NCBI RefSeq assembly: GCF_964213995.1
Contig: NC_135815.1
Span: 42,222,001-42,286,000, forward strand
Source of the DNA: Mustelus asterias
Lineage: Eukaryota
Length of the DNA stretch: 64,000 bases
Direction of reading: 5' to 3'
The notes under the pieces were generated by a model. That model worked only from the letters and a program-made list of their open reading frames with translations, made no database searches and was not told the origin of the DNA. The position numbers were made by a program, and so were the translations under genes. Each line of letters starts with the position of its first letter. Within the stretch, counting starts at the first letter, position 1. Shown here piece by piece: positions 36,686-51,600 of the stretch.

Positions 36686-39600
36686 CTGTAGAGAAAAAAA
36701 TAACAGCTTGTGATGTAAACTTTGCTACTCAAGTAATACATTTTCTGAATATTAATAGTTTGCACATGGAAGGTAAACTAACCAATACCTGTTTTGCATT
36801 TTAATCAATTTAGCTTAAATGGAAATTGCCAGTGGCATCAGCAAATTGATTTAACTGATGTAAAGCATGCAAGGCTGTTTAATGGTTACCAGTTCATGTT
36901 CAGATGCAGTAAGACTTGTACTACATTCAGGCTTGGGCTGATAAATGACAAATGACTTGCGCACCACACAAGAGTAAGAGAATGACCATCTCAAAGAGAA
37001 TCAATTCACTTCTCCATGACATTCAATAGTAACACCGAATCCCCACAATCAAGATCCTGGGGTTACCGTTCACCAGAAACTTAACTGAACCAGCCACATA
37101 AATACTGTGGCAACAAGAGCAAGTTAGAGGCTGGGAAATTTAGGGCGAGTCAGTCATCTCCTGACTCCCCCAATGCCTGTTCACCAACTGCAAGGAACAT
37201 GTCACAAGTATGGTGGAATACTATCCAGTTGCCTGGATGAAAGCAGCTCCAACACTCAAAGCTTGACACCATTCATAATAAAGCAGCCCACTTGATTAGC
37301 ACACTATCAACCAATGCATTCACTTCCTCCACCACCAGCATAGTGGCAGCAGTCTGTGCTATCTACAAGGTGCATAGCAGCAATTTATCATGGCTCTTCC
37401 CAAAGCCACAACCTCTAGCACCTAGAAGAACAAAGGCAGAAGGCACAAGGGAACACCACCACCTGCAAGGTCCCTTCCAAGTTGTAGACCATCCTGACTT
37501 GGAAATAGTGATATAGAAACATCAGATTGAATCAAAATCTGGGAACACCCAGCAATGCGTGCTTTTACATTGACAGCAATGGTTCAAGGTGACTCACTAT
37601 CACCTTCTCAAAAGCAATTAGGAGTGGACAATAAATGCTTATCTTGCCAGCAATATCCATATCCCAATAAGAATTGTACTTTACCTGCAGAGTTTTACTT
37701 CATATCTGCCAGGGGTTAGATTTCAATGACAATTTAACCAAAATAAAATACAGCGCCATTCATACACAAATAAATTTAGACATTAGTCAGCATCTGAAGA
37801 CATACCAGAATTCTTTATCATTAATAACTCCGTCAGAGAGAGGAGATGCAATTTTAAAAATTCCAAACTAACTTTCTGAATGAGCGACTCAGCAGTCATT
37901 TTTTTATATATATATAAAAAAGGGGCACTAATTGGGGAAAATGAGTGTTTAAACCTGTATAGAGCATTTGGAAAGCAGTACCATTAGAGAGAGTGAATTA
38001 TCCATAAGCAAAAGGAGAAACCCCTCATTAAGGGCTATTAGCACAAGTGTTTAAAATTGGCAACGGAACAAAAAAAAGGCAATTGCAACTTTGTAACGTC
38101 AACCAAAACCAAAAGTCTAATTTGCGCATTGGAATCTGTGCAACTTAAACTTTATAAACATAGGCGTGTTTATTTCATAATCACTATCCTGACAGCTGGA
38201 CCCATCATAACACAGCATTTCAGTAAATGACTTACTGGCAAACCTGCTGCAGTCCTTTCTTCCCTTTTCTTTGCAGCTGGACTCCATGCGAGTGTCGGAC
38301 TGTTGGGTGATCTCCTTATCTTAAAGCCCATTTCAAATTTCTGTTTGTCCCGTAGATCTGCAAGCCAGTTTGAATTTTGAGGAGAGCCGTTTTCTTTGTC
38401 CAGCTTTGTAGGTTGCTGTCTGCAGTGGAGTTTGCAGAAGGGGGGAGAAGCTTCCAGGTCTGGACTAGGCAAAGGGTTTGCCAGAGGGAAGTGTTCCCCA
38501 GTATTACAGTCACACCTTTTCATCCCTTTATCTTCGGTATCTTCAATAGATGAGTTTTTCCTACTCTGCTCCTTTATGTAACAGATAGCAACTTTACATT
38601 TTTTAGAAAGGGGACTGACTTCTGTTGCAGTGCTGCTGTCTTCATTTTCACTCTTGGTCGTTACTGAAACACCACTGGTGTCCAATCTCCTTTTAGCTTT
38701 CCTCTCGAAAACCTGGTTGCTTACAGTTTCCGAGACATTTTTTGACTGACTTTCTTCAACTGGGGCCAACACACTCCTCGGTGAAGTATTGGGGGTATGA
38801 GAGAGAGAGGTAGGAGTACTGGGACTCTTAACAATCCATTTCTTGATCGACATTTTCCCAGAGGTAGACTTTGGAGAAGTAGAATTTGTCTGAACTAGCT
38901 GACATGGTCTACAGTTATTGCCCAAGGATCTTTGAGCCACAGAGGTGGGTGTGCTGGAAGAGCCTCCACGGACATTAGGGGTACATACAGTTTGCTGTGG
39001 TGATGGCAGAGTTGGATCCTCTATCACTGATGTTTTAGGAGGAGTATTCTGTATTGGCTGAATGGTAGCATCTGTTAAAAGCAAGATAATAAGACAGATT
39101 AAAATTCAAAATTGCAAAAGTAAAGAAACGGCAAGTTAAAGTTGCTAATCCATAAATTCTGCAGACAACATTGTCATGTTATCAGGAAAGTATTTGGAAT
39201 GTAAACTGCAAGTATTTAAACATCCTGCATGTTTCCACAATTTTGTGCCCGCAAAGTTAGTCTTCACCAGCACAACAATTCATAGCCAAACTCCAATTTG
39301 CTTCAAAATATTTAAATACTGCAGTTTTATGTTCATATTCGCTGCTGAGCACAATATGGCCAGTTACAACTGGCAGTCCCAACTGCAGAGAGATCAGTTC
39401 ACGTATGATTCATTTCTGCTCAGCTGACCATGTCAAACACTTGCCTCTCCATCATTGCAAACAGTCAGCTAAACATATTGCAATCAAGACTGGAAATTCA
39501 AGTGATAAGAGGATTGAAAACCTCATTCTCATAGTTATTATGGTGCTTAGTAGCCATGAGGATATCTAATAGCAGAAAAAGGAGCCTACCAATAAAACAT

Positions 39601-42600
39601 GTAAAAATGGGAAAGTACAGCCAGCATTTGAAGGAGAAAGACAGGTTACATTTGGAACAATGCTACTGTAATTTAAAGGGTTACTGCTAAAACATTTAAC
39701 CTAGTTTTAACTTTCACATGCCTAAGAATGACCTGTTACAAACAGCTTCTATTTTAAAAAGTTTTGAAAATATTGCATTTGTTTAGCACAATTTGCCCAA
39801 GAAGAAATTTAGTTCAACATTCTATCATATACAGGGTTAGCTCTGTAATGTATACATACATACAGTTCAAATCATGCCACTGTACACAAGACAAGACCAC
39901 ATTACCTTTCTCCAGATGCTTCTTCTGACACACAGATCCCACCAAATCAGACCTTGCCTCACCAATTTTTTGATTGAGACGCCAGATTCGGACAGTATTA
40001 TCATCAGAACAAGTGGCAATCTGAAAAAGGAGACAAACTCGAATTAGGACTCCAAAATTACAAATAGTTGTGCCTTTGTGGTGTATAGATTTACAGGACG
40101 GGCTCTTACTTATGTAGTTGAAAGCCTACCTTCATGAAGTTGGTCATTTTAACTTTTTAGAATGGACACCATTTCTGGTCTTTGGGGCATTTTTTTTACA
40201 AAAACTAAACATTGCTGATAAAGCAAAATTATAGAATGATCACCCAAAATAATTGTTTCCTTAAAGGCCACAGAGGCCATTCAGCCCATCAAGTCTGCAC
40301 CGACCACAATCCCATCCAGGCTCTATCCCCATAACCCAATGCATTTATCCTAGCTAGTCCCCCTGACACTAAGGGGCAATTTACCATGGCCAATCCACCT
40401 AACCTGCACATCTTTGGACTGTGGGAGGAAACCAGAGTATCCGGAGGAAACCCACGCAGACATGGGGGAGAATGTGCAAACTCCACACAGACAGACACCC
40501 AAGGCCAGAATTGAACCCGGGTTTCTGGTGCTGTGAAACAGCTGTGCTAACCACTGTCACCGTGCCGCCCGGATTAGAGATGCACCGACAAGATTTGCTA
40601 CCTCAGGATGTAATTCGAATACTCTGAGGAGCTTAGTCCAATTGTACACATCAAAATTCTTATTTTGGTGGGGTAATTAGCTATTCATATCTCTTTAGTG
40701 AAATTTTGTAGAATCACTTAGCTTAGATACCACCCCCTACTGGCTCAAATGTGAGTTGACCAATTTACAGTTGCAAAATCAAGCAAACAGGACTAATGCA
40801 AAGTTATATTAAAAAATAATTTGTTACATACTTGACAGAAAAAAAATGTTCAATTTTCAAAGCAAATAATCAGGTTATTGAATTGGCTCAAGGCAGATGC
40901 CCCAAATGCTTCAAGCGCAGCGGATTAACCAGTTGTTAATGACAGACTTCGCCTGATAATCTGGAACAAACAGTGTTTATACTATAGCCAAAGTGACAGT
41001 GACTTCCCCTTTATTACTACCTGGGTCAAATCACAAACACGTGCACACTGACCTTTGAGAAGTCTGAAGGGCACCAGGACACACAGGTCACCTCTTGAGT
41101 GTGCCCGTGGAGCATTGCTGGAGGATGATGGGGATCAGAGGTCTGAAATAACAAGAATGAGGATTAAACTGATTAGCATTAAAGCAAAATAATCCAACAA
41201 GCCAAACATCATCTGTTGCACTATAGCATTGTGTTTAGCTTGATTAGGTCTCATTAATGTAATAATAAATCCCACATTGTATTCAGGTGAGAGAAAGTCA
41301 CAAGTGGGATAACTTCTAATGAGTGCTGCAATTCAGACTCATTATTATTGTGAAGTTCCATGAGCATTCAGTCACTGCGATCAAAATGCTGCAGTCTCGA
41401 CTGGAACACTGCCAAGAAGACTCCAGAGTGCTTTGGGATCATATGGTATAGTTCCTGACACATTAGTGTAGCCTAAATTGCAAATGATAAGATGACAGAA
41501 TGTGTCAATTCTCAGTTCAAACATCCCATCTTCAGAGGTTAGGCTCATTTGTCTGCCTGTCTCAATCAAGTTCACCCACTTTCAGCAGATGGTGAAAAAG
41601 GGGTCTTGGAATCATCCATCTGCACGGGAGACCACGAGAGTTTGGTGCTGAATTTCTGTAGAGAGTTTCCACTCCCCCAATCTACACTGGAACGGCACAA
41701 CTCACTGGAAGCGGTTGCGAGTTCATCATTTGCAATATCTGCTCTTTCTTTTCCAAAGGTGATAATTCACGCTGTGGTGTAGTGCAATAAACAGCTCTAT
41801 GAAACCTACACTGACGCTCAACAGTGAAGTTAACCTATTCAATTGTGAAGGCATCACAACCAGGCTGAATCCAGTTTTCATTTAATCTACCTGGAATAAC
41901 CTTCCAGCAGAAATTCCTAGTTTATTTTTCTACATCCTAAAACCAAATACGGAAGTCAGCTAAAGTACCACTGCTGCCCCAGTTAGTATCCTGCTAATAC
42001 TTTACAGAAGTGATTATATAGGTGTCTCCTTGTTCAGTTTCTCACTTCACAATGAAGTACCAGAAGAGCCCTGAAGGTGCTGATTAAATAGACTCCTGCA
42101 CAACACAGAACCATAGCTGTGATTCAACATGGAGCCTCATTGTCGAAGACTGAAATTAATTGTACACTTCCTCAGCCAAGGGAAGATTGTTGAAAATGAA
42201 ATCGGTGTTGATTTAAAAGACCCGGTGCTCAAGCTCCCCCACCATAAATTCTCTCTCTTGCCTCTCGAAGAAATAGTCACAGGAAGATTCCTAATCTCCT
42301 ACAACAGTTCTGGAGACTTTCAATTTCCTGTGATGAGTCACCCTCTATTTCAGCACTGACGCAGATGTGACAGTTAATAGATTGGCTGTTACAGTGAACT
42401 CAAACATGAAAAATCTATCAAGGAAAAAAAATGTAGGTTTACAGTGAGAGTGAGCTGGGCACAAAATATATTTAACAAGACACTGGAGCAAGTTACAGCA
42501 AAATCCAGAAGACTAACCTAGGCTATACTAGAATTTAGCAAAGTGCTAATATTAATGCTTAAACACAGAAACAAAACATTTAAATTTAGATCCTAAACTA

Positions 42601-45600
42601 AGTGCAATCTATCCAAGGTTTATGCAGATCTGGGTAGTCCCACTTCTAGCAATATCATCAAGCAACAACCCTGTGCAGCCCACACAGATAGTGGCTCACA
42701 GTGCTGCCTGTCCCTGAGGAATTTACATTAATTTCCCGCCCAGTGAGTCTGTCATATCTGACATTGTGATAATCCATCCAATTCAGGGACCCCAACTGAA
42801 CTTCTCTTACATGGCAAGCAATTGTTGGTTGTAGTAACTCAATACAATTCATTTGCTTTCAGCATAACAGCAGCACGGTTGAGAAAAGGGGAGGGGAAAG
42901 ATCTGCAGTGCTCTTTGATGTAGATTAAAGTGTGTCGTATTTATAAGCATTGTGCCTTGCTGCATCGTTTCCACTTCTAACCGCACAGCAGTCACTCACC
43001 TTCCAGATATAGGCATTATGGTCATTGGATCCACTGAGGAGGAATTGATCATCCAAACTAAGACTGGCCTTAATATAGAAGGTGGAGTTCTGGTGACCAT
43101 TGAAGGTTGCCACTATATAAAACATAAGCAATCGTTAAAAGAAAGAAAATCCAAGAATTAATATTTTGACTGCTTGGGTAAACTTGGCATCAGATTTTAA
43201 GTCTTAAATTATTGGAAATTTTAAAACCATACAGAATCGGTCAAGCAGCTCAAGAATAATAATGTTATTATGCATTTATATTCCCAAGTTTGCATTCTTC
43301 CCCAATGGTAAAAAATCTCCAATTGTTGTCTTGACTGCGATCCTGAACTTGATAAACAGAACAAGTTCCATCAAGGCTAAAGCAAGATGTCAATGTAAGC
43401 AGAGTCCATATCAGACATTTGAGGAAACTACAGTGCAGGTGAGTTCATTGAGCTGTGCCCATATTTTCTCACACGGCTATGTTTTAATCTCATGCAATGC
43501 AGTCACAGCAAATTAAGCTTTTCATAGGGAATGCAGCTTGCAAAATAGAAGGCCTTCACTCTGGGAAGAACCCTTAAAACTTTAATATCTTCAAAATAAA
43601 TTTCCAACTCATTCCCTCAGGCAACTAGTATTAGACGTGGGGGGTACTTAAAGAAAGGCAAGTTTAGAAAAAAAACATATCTGGTAAACTTTGCCTCAAG
43701 ATCTACCAACCCAGTTATCACTTTGGAAAGGTGTTTTGCTCACTAAGCTAGATTTTTAAGGCTATAAGAGCAATGGACATCAAATTCTCACTTAACCAGA
43801 TTATTTTGTGATTTACCTCAATGCTGCATGTATTGGAGGTAAACTCACTGCTACAGTTCCTTACACACATTACAGGCGGCAACAAAAATTCCTTAATGGT
43901 TGCAAAGCATTTTGGAACAGGTAGAGATCATATGAATGCAATGCCTTTTCTTTGTATTCACATTACAACTCCCATCTTGGTATGCAGTTGTTTCACTTTG
44001 CATCAACACTAGAATTGTGGGGCAAAAGATCAGTGCCCAAATGGAGTTCTGGGTGCATTTATAGATATATTAAATATTCTTTCATGGAACGTGGGCTTTG
44101 TTGGCTAGGCCACCATTTATTTCCCATCCCTGATTGCTCTTCTGAAGGTGATGGTGAGCTGCCTTGAACATAGTCCATGTGCCGTAGGTATACACACTGT
44201 GCCATCCAAGGAAGTTCCAGGATTTTGACCCAGCTGTGAAGGAACGGTGATTATAATTCCAAATCAGGATGGTGTGTGGCTTGGAGGAAAATTTGGAGGT
44301 GGTAATGTCCCGGTCACCAGTCCTTCTAAATTCGAGGTCACAGGTTTGGAAGGTGCTGACGAAGGAGCCTCGGTGAGTTGCATCATATAAATGGTACGCA
44401 CTGCTGCCACTATTGGTGGCGGAGGGAGTGAATGTTTAAGGTGGTGGATAGGGTGCCAATCAAGTGGGCTGTTTTATCTTAGATGGGGTCAAACTTCAGT
44501 GTTGTTGGAACTGCACTCACCCGAGGCAAGTGGGAGAGTCTCCCATCACATTTCTCAGAACCCCCACAGCACAGGAGGCAGCCATTCGGCCCACCGAGCC
44601 TGCACCGACAACAATCCCACCCAGGCCCCAACCCTGCATTTATCCCTCATATTTACCCAGCTCATCCCTCCGACACCAAGGGGTAATTTATCATGGCCAA
44701 TCAATGTAATCTGCGATTTTTGGACTGTGGGAGAAAACACACGCAGTCACAGGGAGAATGTGCAAACTCCACACAGACAGGCCCCCAAGGCTGGAATCGA
44801 ACCCAGGTCCTTGGAGCTCTGAGACAGCAGTGCTAACCACTGTGCCACAAGGCACTTCTGACTTGGGCCTTGCAGATAATAAACTGGTTTTGGCGAGCCA
44901 GGAGATGAGTTATTCTCCACAGAAATCTCAGCCACTGACCTGCTCTTGTAGCCACAGTATTTATAATCACCGGCCCAGTTCAGTTTCTAGTCAATCGTAA
45001 CATCCAGACTTTGACAGGGTTCAGCGATGGTGATGCCATTGAATATCAAGGGGAGACAGGGATTCTGTTTGGAGATGATCATCCCTTGGCACTTATGTGG
45101 CATGAACATCATGTGTCACATATCAGCCCAAGCCTGAATGTTGTCCAGGTCTTGTTGCATACAGACATGGATTGCTTTGGTCTATGAGGAATTGTGAATG
45201 GTCAACATCATCGGCAAACATCCCCACCTCTGACCTTCTGATGGAGGGCAGGTCATGAAGCAGCTGAAGATGGTTGGGTCTAGGACACCACTCTGGAGCA
45301 GCTCCTACAAAAGATGTCCATGGCTAACTTCTAATAATCACAACTATCTTTCTTTGTGCTAGGTATGACTGCAACCAGCAGAGATTTTTTCCTCTTATTC
45401 TCTGATTCCAGTTTTGCTGAGGTTCCTCAATGCCACACTCAATCAAGTGGTCCCTTTATGTCAAAGGCAATCACGCTCACCTCGTTGTCCATATTTGGAC
45501 CAAGACTGCAACATCAGGAGATGAATGGCCCTGTCAGAACCCAAGCTGAGCATCATTGAGCAGATTATGAGCAAATGCTGCTTGATAGGACTGTGGATGA

Positions 45601-48600
45601 CCCCTTCCATCCCTTTTCTGATGATCGAGACAATTTTCCACATTGCCAGGTCAATGCCGTTGTTGTAGCTGCATTGGAACAGATTGGCTGAGGGTGTGGC
45701 TAGTTCGAGAGCACAAGCCTTTAGTACTGTTCTCTTGGTCCATAGCCTTCCCAGCTTCCAGCATCTCTAGCCGTTTCTTGATGTCATGTGGACAGAATTG
45801 AATTAGCAGAAGACTGGCATCTGTGATCTTGGAGACGGAGATGGATCATTCACTCAGTTGAATGATGGTTACAAATGCTTCAATCTTGTCTTTTGAACTG
45901 ATATGGTTCTCCCATCATGCAGGATCAAGACACTGGTGCAATCTCCTCTTTCTACAATTTGTTTAATTGGCCACCACCATTCTTGGCTGGATGAGGCAAG
46001 ACTGCAGAGCTTAGATCTGATCCTTTGGTTGTGAAATTGCTCAGCTCTGTCCATTGCATACTCCTTTTGCTGTTTGGCACATAAATAGTCCTCTGTTGTA
46101 GCTTCACCGGGTTCATACTTCATTGTAAGCATGCCTGGTTTTGCTCCTTGTATGCCCTCTTTCTTCAATGATCCAGGGTTGATCTACTGGCTTGGTGGTA
46201 ATGGTCGAGTGGGGGATGTGCCAGGCCATGATGTTACAGGTTGTACAATTCTGCTGATGACCCACAGCACCTCATGGATGTCCAGTTTGGAGTTGCTAGA
46301 TCTGTTTTGAATTTATTCCATTTAGCACAGTGGTCGTGTCACATAACACAACGGAAGGCATCTTCAAAGTGAGGACAGGACTTTGCCTTCACAAGAACTG
46401 AGTGGTCATTCCCATCAATACTGTCATGGACAGATGCATCTGTGACAGGTGAGGACAAGGTCAAGTAGGTACTTCCTTCACCACCTACTACAGACCCAGA
46501 TTCAGCCAGGTCATTCAGTACTGGTGCTATGAAGCCACTCTTGGAGATGGATATTGAAGTCGCCCACCTAGAGGATATTCTGTGCCATTGCCACGTTCGG
46601 TACTTCTTCCAAGTGTTGTTCAGCAAAGCGCACTGATCATCAGCTCAAAGGTCAGGGGTAAGTAATTTGCAGGAGATTTCTTGCCCATGTTTGACTTGAT
46701 GCCATGAGATTTTGGGGAGTCCGGAGTCAATGTCGAGAATTCCCAAGGCAATGCCCTCTGAACTGCATGCCACTGCACCACCACCTGGTGAGCCAGGACA
46801 TAGCCTGGAATGGTGCTGTCTAGGGTCTACTCATTGTCCATAATGAGTTTGTGACTATGTCAGGCAGTTACTTGACTGGTGGGACAGCACCTTCTGCATG
46901 GTCAACAGGGCTGGGTATGTCGTTGTCATTTCTGGTCCCTTGGTTGATCCTGGCTGGTACATCCCCATACATTCCTTCACAGCAGTTTGATACAAGAGTG
47001 GCTTGCTGCACTGCTTCGATTTATTATTGTCACATGTATTAGCATACAGGGAAAAATATTGTTTCTTATGTGCTATACAAAGCATACCGTTCATAGAAAA
47101 GGAAAGAGTACAGAATGTAGTGTTACAGTCATAGCTGGGATGTAGAGAAAGATCAACTTAATCCAAGGTGGGTCCATTCAAAAGTCTAATGGCAGCAAGA
47201 AAGAAGTTGCTCTTGAGTCAGTTGGTACACGACCTCAGACTTTTGAATCTTTTTCTCTACAGAAGAAGGTGGAGGAGAGTATGTCCAGGGTGCGTGGGGT
47301 CCTTAATTATGCTGGCTGCTTTGCCGAGGCAGCATTAAGTGTAGACGGTGTCAATGGGTCGGAGACTGATTTGAGTGATGGACTGGGCTTCGTTCATGAT
47401 TCTTTGTAGTTTCTTGCATTTTTGGACAGAGTAGGAGCCATACCAACTGTGATACAACCAGAAAGAATGCTTTCTATGGTGCATCTGTAGAAGTTGGTGA
47501 GTGCTGTAGCAGACATGTCAAATTTCCTTAGTCTCCTGAGACAGTAGAGGCGTTGGTGGGCTTTCTTAACTATAGCATCCGCATGGAGGGACCTGTTTGT
47601 TGGTGAACTGGACACCTAAAAACTTGAAGCTCTCAACCATTTCTACTTTGTCCCCAATGATGTAAACAGGGGCATGTCCTGCACTGCGCTTCCTGAAGTC
47701 TGACTATCTCCTTTGTGTTGTTGACATTGAGGGAGAGATTATTGTCGTCACATCAGTTCACGAGATTCTCTGTTTCTGTACTCCCTCTCATCATTGTGGT
47801 GTCATCAGCAAACTTGAAAATCGAGTTGGAGTGGAATTTGGCTACAGTCATAGGTGTATAAGGAGTGTAGTAGGGGACTGAAGACACAGCCTTGTGGGGC
47901 ACCAGTGTTGAAGATGATTGTGGAGGAGGTGTTGTTGCCTATCCTTACTGATTGCGGCAAGGGCATTAAGAGTTAACCGCATTGCCTGGAGTCACACATA
48001 GGTTAGGCCAGACAGCCAAGGAGGGTATTAGTGAACCAGGTGGGGTTTTAAGTCTACTGACAATGGTTTCACGGTCACTATTACTGAGACTAGCTTTTCA
48101 TTTTAGACTTAACAATTGAATATTAAGTCCACCAACTCCCACTGTGGGATTTGAACCCATGTCCCCGGTGCCTGGGTCTCTGGATTACTAATCCAGTGAC
48201 ATTACCATTGTGCCACCATCTAGAGGGAGACCTGATGGAAAGTCTCAACTCACACTTTATTCCACAGTCAGTTTGGACCTAGACCCCAAATTTATATTAT
48301 GTTTTTAACTTTTACCTACACTGTAGGTTAAATACAACTTGTTTTACTCAGATAAATTATTCATCAGAATTTTAGTAATAGTATCTACACAGCATCTTTC
48401 ATATCAAAATGTTTTAAAATGCTTTACACAATTACTTTTTAAAGTGTCGAGAAGTTGGAAACATAAAAGGATGCAGAGAGATTTTATATAAAAAATAATC
48501 TAGTTCTCATTTTTAAAAGCAGAAAGAAAAGAGTAGTCGAACAATTAACATCATGGTCCCTGAATAAATAAAACAGGTCCTCTCATATCACAAGTGTAAT

Positions 48601-51600
48601 GGAGAGGCCATTTCTTACTCACCTGGTACAGTTTTCAGGCCAGTCATATTAAACATGTAAATGTTATCATCAGTGCAGCTTGCAAAAAGATTGGAGCCTT
48701 TTGAATCCAAGACAAGACTGGAATATCCTACAAAGTGAGATTAAAATTCCCCAATTATTTCACGACATTGCTTAAAAATCTATTTTATACACTGCCAGAA
48801 ACTAACTGTACTTACAACTGAATCAATTAACGCTCACACCCACACAAGAATGTAGTTCAAAACAGGGCCGTTAGGCCTCAAACAGTGTCAAACGGATCCT
48901 CTATTCTTTTCTAAATATTCAGGCCGGAATGTAACAGTTTTAAATCTTCAATGTTTCATGACATTAATTACTTCAATATTTCACCTCTGCAGGACTTGCT
49001 CCCTGCTACTGCTATTTGTCAGTCAGTCATGCACCATTTCCTCTGCTCCTTCAGGGGAATGATGCTGAAATGTTCCTACATTCAATAGCAGATTCCTAAC
49101 CATACATCAATGAATCCTCACCCTCTCCCACAGCTGCACCATCAGCAAAAGTATATATACCTAGCTTCCGTGCACTGGTTCCTGGATAAAGGAAGGACTG
49201 GACTGGCACAGGATCTTGGTGATGATGGGTGTAGTTCTTCCTCAAATCCCACACTTTGATGACACTGGAAGATAAATATAACCCATTTTTAAAGATTTGA
49301 CAGGCATTGCATAAATGCTCTAAAAAAATATCAGCCTTGGTTCAGTGATAGCGCCTTATCCAAGTTCAAGTCCCAATCTATATGGAAACGCAGCTCTCAT
49401 TCCCGTTTCCCTTACCCATCCACTGCTCCTGCAGAGATCAAAGTTTTCTCATCTTGAAAAATCACCACCGTTACACTCTGCAGAAAATCCTGTGGAAAAC
49501 AAGAGACACAACTCAGCACATGGATCAATCCTGACTATCATGACCAGAAGACTGGAAGTCCAAATACTAAAGCAGCAGTGACTAGAGCACCACTACAGAC
49601 AAAAGGAATCTTACCACAGAAGGAGCAAGTCCCCTAGCTGCCTGTCGTCGTTTCTTCTGTTTTGGAGGAGTATGCTTGGCTTGCGTGTTGTGAGCACCAG
49701 TAATTTGCTTCACTTGTCTGTAAAATCCATCTAACCAAAAGCAAGTCGTCGATGAATAACCTTGAACTCAACACACAGTCTTCATCCCCCTGCAAATCCA
49801 GTGGAACCAATTTACCCAAATGGTCGCTCTTTGTGCTTTAATATAGACAGCAAGAATTAGCCATCTCTTGGACCTGGACTGGGAAGGGGGTGGAGAGGAG
49901 AACATCACAGCCAAACAAAGTAAGGCAGTATTGTAATCACCTACTGAGGCTAGGGATCTCAGCTTTGTGTTCTGTATGGCTCAGGTCCAAACTGACGCAG
50001 CGCAGCATTATATAGGGGGGGATGGAATTGAAAAATTAGGGCCTCATCCTTTTTCCAATTTTAAAAACTGTACTCATTTAAACTGATCTTAAATATAACA
50101 CATTTGTTAATGGGTCACTGGTAACCATGTAGGTATTGCTCTGAAGGGAGTGCCAAATCACACTAAAAAAATTGGAAATGATATTTGTAAATAAATTTAT
50201 ATTATTGCAATAATAAGAAACAGAAAATGCTGGAAATACTGAGCACATCTGTGGGGAGAGAAACAGAATGAACGTTTCAGGTTGTGACCTTCCATCAGCA
50301 CTCATTTTATTTCAGCCAGCCTCCGCAGTATTTTGCTATTATATATTATAGAAATATGGCATCAGTGTATAGTCATTTTGCTCCTTTAGTCACATGAGCA
50401 GCCTGGGAATGGAGGGATACAAACGATTGATCTAGTTGGACCAAGGAGCGGCACAGGCTTGGAGGGCCGAAGGCCTGTTTCCTGTGCTGTACTGTTCTTT
50501 GTTCTTTGAAGGGGGGGGGGGGGAGGTTTAACACAGATATCAGAAGGACATATTTCACACAGGGGGTCGTGGGGGCCTGGAATGTGTTGCTGGGCAAGGT
50601 GATGGAGGCGGACACACTGGGAACGTTTAAGACTTATCTAGACAGCTATATGACCGGAGTGGGAATGGAGGGATACAAAAGAGTGGTCTAGTTTGGACCA
50701 GGGAGCGGCGCGGGCTAATTGTTCCTTGTTTCTCGTTTCAAGGCTTCATTCTATGATCATCTTGCTGGTGCCAGTACAGAGCGAGACTGCGGATAGTTGG
50801 GAACCTGTCTCGGGGGCAGGGAATTCATATGGTGTTCATGGAAGTGGAAATGACTAGGGTTGGGAAGCATTTTCCGATCAGGGCCATTGTGATCTCCTGG
50901 ACTCGTTTCGATCGCCTCAGGGGATCGGAGAGGAATTTCCCAGATTTTTTTTTTCCCCATATTGGCCCTGGGGTTTTTCACTCTGGGTTTTCGCCTCTCC
51001 CTGGGGATCACATGGTCTGGAATAGGGGGGTGGGGGTGAGTTAATAGGTTGTAATGAACAAAGCATCGTAGCTGTGAGGGACAGCTCGGTGGATAGGATA
51101 TTGGTATGTAGATAGGCTGGAAAATTGGGCGGGGATCCTGGATTCAGGATTCAATCCTGGACCGGGGAGCGGCGCGGGCTTGGAGGGCCGAAAGGCCTGT
51201 TCCTGTGCTGTATTGTTCTTTGTTCTTTAAACAGGACTTTTGCAGTCAATGCACCACTGACGTCAGCATCTGCTCTTTAAAATAAAAGAGTAGAAACCAA
51301 AAGTTCCGAATTGCTATAAAACAACTTCTAAAAATGTTTCTCTGAATGCAAATACTGCTCTAAGCAGTAAAAGCATATATGGCATTCTGTTATGGACAGA
51401 CCAATGCACACAAGCTCTTACTAAAAGATTTCAATACAATCACCGAGGTTTTTACTTTACACATGGCACAATTTTGTTTTCTGCCACTTCCTCCTATTAA
51501 GGAAATATTTTAATAATCTGACGATGCAAGTAGTTAATATTTCAGTCCAAACATCAAAAGTTGCAGAAATGTTGGGATCACTGATATCCCAACAATTCAT

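Noticed and set aside
38170-39084. 304-aa ORF as a stand-alone gene
   Set aside because: It is DTL exon 14 with intronic read-through on both sides.
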